Source: Desulfobacterales bacterium (GTDB lineage Bacteria > Desulfobacterota > Desulfobacteria > Desulfobacterales > UBA2174). Taken from it: a stretch of DNA of 64,000 nt. The position numbers and the translations under genes are program-made. The stretch is from positions 1,056,001 through 1,120,000 of the forward strand of contig CAXXWC010000021.1 of the NCBI GenBank assembly GCA_963668645.2, written 5' to 3'. Below are positions 59,913 to 64,000 of this stretch, piece after piece (the stretch's first letter is position 1; every line of letters starts with the position of its first letter). The notes beneath the pieces are model-generated. The model was not told the DNA's origin, ran no database searches, and worked only from the letters and a program-made list of their open reading frames with translations.

Positions 59913-61742
59913 TCATCCTGCCGGCTCCTCCTCGGCCGGAACCTCGACCCGGGTTTCGATCTCCTTCCAGATATCGATCATCTGATGGCGCACGATCCGC
60001 TTGCGGTCCGTGTAGCCGGTGTGCAGCAGGTGGTGGGACTTGTGTCCCAACGGAGCGCCGAGATAATCGGCGTAAAGCTTTTGGATCTGCGGATTGTTGT
60101 GGCTCTGGCGCACCGGGCGTTCGGTGTCGATGGTGTAGAGGGCCGCTCGACGCTCGCGGCTGGCCGCCTGGTAGGCGTGCTTGCTGCGCGGCTGGCCCCC
60201 GCCGCCAAGGCAGCCGCCCGGACATGCCATTACCTCGACGAAAAGATAGTCGCTGGTTCCGGCCCGCACCTCGGCGATCACCCGTTCGGCGGCCCGCAAA
60301 GTATGGGCCACAGCCACCTTGACCATACCGCCCGCCTCCCCAAAATCGACGCTCGCCTCGCGCAGGTGCTCCATGCCGCGTACCTCGGTGAGCTCGATAC
60401 CGGCGAGTTCTTCTCCCTTTAGCACCTGGTGAACGGTGCGCAAGGCCGCCTCCATGACGCCACCGGTGGAACCAAAGATCACCGCCGCGCCGGAGTAGTC
60501 GCTCATCCAGGGGTTGTCGAAGACCGCCGGTTCTAGGTCGCCCAGGCCGATTCCCTCGCGCTTGAGCAGGCGGGCAAATTCTCGGGTGGTGAGCACCACG
60601 TCGACTTCGGGGCTTCCGTCCCGGGAGAAGGCCGGACGCCGGGCCTCGTCCTTTTTTGCGGTGCAAGGCATGATCGAGACCACCCGCATGCCGGCCGGGT
60701 CGATGTTCATGCGGTCGGCCAGATAGGTCTTGGCCAGGGCGCCGAAGCACTGTTGAGGGCTTTTGGCGGTCGAGACATGCGCACGCAGATCCGGATGATG
60801 CTTTTCCACGTAGTTGATCCAGGCCGGGCAGCAGGAGGTGAACATGGGCAGCGTGCCCCCGGTTTTCAGGCGCTGGAGCAGTTCGTGGCCTTCTTCCATG
60901 ATCACCAAATCGGCGGTGAAGTTGGTGTCCAGCACCACATCGGCGCCGAGCTGGCGCAGGGCCGCAATGATCTGGCCCTCCACGTTGGTGCCGGCCGCCA
61001 GGCCAAACTCCTCGCCCAGGGCGGTGCGCACCGCCGGGGCGAACTGGAACACGGTCCGGATCTCTGGATCGTAGAGAAAATCCATCACCGTTTCGATGTC
61101 GTTCTTTTCAGCCAAGGCCCCGACCGGGCAGACAAGGATGCACTGGCCGCAGCCCACGCAGTCCGACTGTCCCAGGGGGAGCCGGTCGCGCACGTCGATT
61201 TCGGTCTGCAGCCCGCTGCCGCTGACCACCAGGGTGTCCACACCCTGGATTTCGCGACAGACCGCCACGCAGCGCAGACAGCGGATGCACTTGCTCATGT
61301 CACGCACTACTGCCGGGGAAGAGTCGTCCCGGTGGCGCCGCAGATAGAAGTGGGGAAAATGATAGCGGGTCTGTTGCAGGCCGACGAACTGGGCCACGTC
61401 CTGCAGCTCGCAGTTGCCGTGTCGGATGCAGCTCGCACAATCCTGGTTATGGTCGGCCAGCAGCAGCTCGACCTGCAGCCGCTGCATGCGGCGCACCGTA
61501 GGGGTCCGGGTGAGCACCTGCGTCCCCTCTTCCATGGGGGTGTTGCAGGCGGTGACGATGTGATGGCGCGGGTCGTTGCGTCGGCGGATGTCCACCAGAC
61601 AGACCCGGCAGGTGCCCGGGGTATGGTGGATGTCGGCCATCTCGCACAGGGTGGGGATGAAGTGCCCGCTACGCCTGGCCACTTCCAGAATCGTTTCATC
61701 GATGTTGAATTCGACCTGCTTACCGTTGATGGTACCGATCAT
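59913..61742 (-). CDS. hydA: Group A [FeFe]-hydrogenase catalytic subunit (2Fe-2S, His-ligated 4Fe-4S, 2x4Fe-4S, H-cluster, fused small subunit)
   Basis: H-cluster motifs TSCCPAW, MPCTAKKDE, EVMACPGGCLGGGGQP; N-terminal IPTLC..CRVC..AC, H...C..C...G.C.LQ; HHLLHT.Y. Confidence 0.96.
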   Translation of the reverse strand: MIGTINGKQVEFNIDETILEVARRSGHFIPTLCEMADIHHTPGTCRVCLVDIRRRNDPRHHIVTACNTPMEEGTQVLTRTPTVRRMQRLQVELLLADHNQDCASCIRHGNCELQDVAQFVGLQQTRYHFPHFYLRRHRDDSSPAVVRDMSKCIRCLRCVAVCREIQGVDTLVVSGSGLQTEIDVRDRLPLGQSDCVGCGQCILVCPVGALAEKNDIETVMDFLYDPEIRTVFQFAPAVRTALGEEFGLAAGTNVEGQIIAALRQLGADVVLDTNFTADLVIMEEGHELLQRLKTGGTLPMFTSCCPAWINYVEKHHPDLRAHVSTAKSPQQCFGALAKTYLADRMNIDPAGMRVVSIMPCTAKKDEARRPAFSRDGSPEVDVVLTTREFARLLKREGIGLGDLEPAVFDNPWMSDYSGAAVIFGSTGGVMEAALRTVHQVLKGEELAGIELTEVRGMEHLREASVDFGEAGGMVKVAVAHTLRAAERVIAEVRAGTSDYLFVEVMACPGGCLGGGGQPRSKHAYQAASRERRAALYTIDTERPVRQSHNNPQIQKLYADYLGAPLGHKSHHLLHTGYTDRKRIVRHQMIDIWKEIETRVEVPAEEEPAG

Positions 61743-61821
61743 CTCGGCCTCCTTGCTTCGTCTGTCGCGGGTTGGGGGACGGTCCGCCGTTTACAGCCCT
61801 GGGGCCCTCTATCTTCGTTTT

Positions 61822-63804
61822 TTACCTTTCCGTAATCACGCTGTAGACGCGGTAGCAGCGCATGCAGCGGGCCGCCTCGTGGTAGGCCTCGTCGACCTCG
61901 ATCGGTTTTTCCACCTCTGTGAAAATCTGGCGCCGGACCTCGGGGTCGAGTTCGCGCACCTTGACGCGGTACTCGTGGCGCACCGGAATCTGGACCCCCG
62001 AAGCGATCATCGGCTGGACGGCCGCCACGAGCTGGCTCATACGGTCGGCCGGATGGAAGCGCACCCGGCCGAGACTCAGATAGTCGTCGATGCAGCGGGC
62101 CGCCTGCTCGCCCTGCGCCATGGCCTGCACCAGGGTAGCCGGTCCGGTGGCGCAGTCGCCACCGGCGAAGATACCTTTGCGCGAGGTCATCAAGGTGTTG
62201 GGATGCGTGGCGATCAGTCCCCGGGATGTAAAAGTGATGCCGTCTTCGGGCGCCACCAGCCCGATCTCCACCTGCTGGCCGATAGCCGGAATCACTGTGT
62301 CTGTCTCCAGGGCAAAGGTGGTTCCTTCCACCGGCCGCACGCTGCGCCGGCCGGTTTCGTCCGGCGCACCGAGTTCCATGCGCACCAGCTCGATCCCGGT
62401 CACCCGGCCGTCTTCGGACAGGATGCGGGTCGGGTGGGTCAAAAAGTGAAAGTGAACCCCTTCCTTTTCTGCCGCATCGATCTCTTCATGGTCGGCCGGC
62501 ATTTCCCTGCGTGAACGCCGATAGACAAGATGTACCTCGCTCGCACCTATTCGCAAGGCCGAACGGACGCAGTCCATGGCCACATTCCCCCCGCCCACCA
62601 CCACCACCCGCTCGCCAAGAGAAAGCGGTACCCCCTTGTCGATGTAGTCGTGGTTGACCCGCAGCAGCATGTCCACGCCATATGCATAGCCGGCCATTCC
62701 TGCATCTTCGCCCAGGATCCCAATCCCCTTGCCCTTGTGGGCCCCGATGGCAAGGAAAATCGCCTTGTAGCCGTTGTTGAGCAGGCCGGTGAGGCTAAAA
62801 TCGCGACCCATCTTACGGTTGTAAAAGATCTGGCCGCCGAGGGTTTCGATGATGCCGATTTCTCGCCCGAGCACCGCCTTGGGCAGGCGATACTCGGGGA
62901 TCCCGGTGGCGGCCATGCCACCAGGCACGGCCTTGGCCTCGTAAACGTCCACCGGGTAGCCGCGCAGCAGCAGGTGGTAGGCGGCCGAGATGCCGGCCGG
63001 TCCGGTGCCGATCACAGCTACCTTGAGGTCGCTGTCACGCTTCTGCGGCACACGGTAGCTGGTGAACCAGGCGTTGCTCACGTCCTGTTCGTGGTCGGCC
63101 ACAAAGCGCTTGAGCACCTTGATCCCCACCGCTTCGTCCACCTGGGTACGCCGGCAGGCCATCTCGCAGAAACGGACGCAGACCCGGCCGCATGTTGCGG
63201 CCATGGGATACTTCTGAAGTATGACACCCAGCGAGTGGGTGAACTTGCCGTCCTTGATGAAATCGATGTAGCGCGGCACGTCGACCTTGATTGGGCAGGC
63301 TTCGATGCACGGCGCTGTAATGTATGTGTAACCGGGCTGATGGCGGACTCGATCGTTGCATCCTATCTGTCGCACCAGCTCGGGCCGAAAAAACTGAATC
63401 AGGGCCAGCAGCGCCACCGGGGCTGTCTGCCCCAACCCACACAGGGAGGTCATGCGCATCTGCTCTCCGATGGTTTCGATTTCGTCGAGCAGCCTTTCGC
63501 TCCCGTCTCCGGCAGAGAGGTGCGCCAGCTTGGTGCGAATAATCTCGCTGCCGACCCTGCAAGGGGTGCATTTGCCGCACGACTCACGGGCTACCCGCTC
63601 CATGTACTGGCAGGCTGCATCAAGCAGGTTCACCTCCTTGTCGAAAATGAAAAACCCGTGACCGCCAAAAAAGGCTCTGATCGGGTTGCCCGGATCAAAT
63701 TCGTCAAAAGTGTCAAATCCGGGAGTTTCCTCGATTTCGAAAATCTTGCGTGAGCGGTTGTCGATGCATTTTCCGTCCCAGACCCCGAAAATCACTTTTG
63801 CCAT
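61822..63804 (-). CDS. SfrB/GltD-like NAD(P)H-dependent flavo-FeS oxidoreductase with N-terminal NuoF-type 4Fe-4S domain
   Basis: ESCGKCTPCRVG..SLCGLGQTAP (NuoF FeS), APC..ACP, CGRVC...CE..C.R, G.GPAG, GIPEYRLP, GGGNVAMD, VYRR, FAGGD...GP, EA.RCMRC. Confidence 0.88.
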   Translation of the reverse strand: MAKVIFGVWDGKCIDNRSRKIFEIEETPGFDTFDEFDPGNPIRAFFGGHGFFIFDKEVNLLDAACQYMERVARESCGKCTPCRVGSEIIRTKLAHLSAGDGSERLLDEIETIGEQMRMTSLCGLGQTAPVALLALIQFFRPELVRQIGCNDRVRHQPGYTYITAPCIEACPIKVDVPRYIDFIKDGKFTHSLGVILQKYPMAATCGRVCVRFCEMACRRTQVDEAVGIKVLKRFVADHEQDVSNAWFTSYRVPQKRDSDLKVAVIGTGPAGISAAYHLLLRGYPVDVYEAKAVPGGMAATGIPEYRLPKAVLGREIGIIETLGGQIFYNRKMGRDFSLTGLLNNGYKAIFLAIGAHKGKGIGILGEDAGMAGYAYGVDMLLRVNHDYIDKGVPLSLGERVVVVGGGNVAMDCVRSALRIGASEVHLVYRRSRREMPADHEEIDAAEKEGVHFHFLTHPTRILSEDGRVTGIELVRMELGAPDETGRRSVRPVEGTTFALETDTVIPAIGQQVEIGLVAPEDGITFTSRGLIATHPNTLMTSRKGIFAGGDCATGPATLVQAMAQGEQAARCIDDYLSLGRVRFHPADRMSQLVAAVQPMIASGVQIPVRHEYRVKVRELDPEVRRQIFTEVEKPIEVDEAYHEAARCMRCYRVYSVITER

Positions 63805-63866
63805 GACCGATCCCTTTCCGCTGCGCCGCAGTAGAGGCGTGGTTGAACTCGTCGGTGCGCGTACCG

Positions 63867-63882
63867 AGCAATTGTTGTGCCA
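63867..63882 (-). promoter_or_regulatory. Sigma54 promoter of the flavoprotein-hydrogenase operon
   Basis: Minus strand TGGCACAACAATTGCT, a full match to TGGCAC-N5-TTGCW, ~60 bp upstream of ATG 63804. Confidence 0.8.
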
Positions 63883-64000
63883 TGGAAAGGAACTCAAAGC
63901 GGCGCGGGATGCAGATCCGTGAGATTATGGGATATAACCCATTAGAGGCGGGACTGGCAAACCTGTCGCTTCGCTTCTCGAATGTGTCAGCTCAGTTTAC

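Overview
GC-rich, gene-dense window from an anaerobic Gram-negative bacterium. The gene content points to a sulfate-reducing deltaproteobacterium (Desulfobacterales-like); this is an inference. In order: (1) a 5'-truncated aldehyde:ferredoxin oxidoreductase, lipoate ligase and a triple-FeoA-like protein; (2) a complete Mo-nitrogenase cluster on the minus strand (nifA, then nifH-I1-I2-D-K-E-N-B-fdx-HEPN-like-GNAT-nifV) with sigma54 promoters and a non-canonical activator palindrome; (3) housekeeping and miscellaneous genes (GT4, tag, orphan N4-C methyltransferase, carB, rfbCD); (4) a metal-uptake region with a FecBCD-type ABC, SAM methyltransferase, XRE-PBP regulator, DUF364 protein, modABC and a TonB-dependent receptor; (5) a visibly more AT-rich island of about 19.5 kb (~40.2-59.7 kb) that appears to encode an uncharacterised carboxylate catabolic pathway and ends in a decayed IS1-family element and pseudogenes. 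The island carries TAXI-TRAP, twin D-2-hydroxyacid dehydrogenases, IorAB, an ADP-forming acyl-CoA synthetase, a FrhB-like protein, a VOC protein, an acyl-CoA dehydrogenase lacking the catalytic Glu, ETF, TetR and GntR; (6) a sigma54-driven SfrB/GltD-like flavoprotein plus [FeFe]-hydrogenase pair. I found no rRNA, tRNA or CRISPR array. All family assignments come from motif recognition by eye, not database searches.
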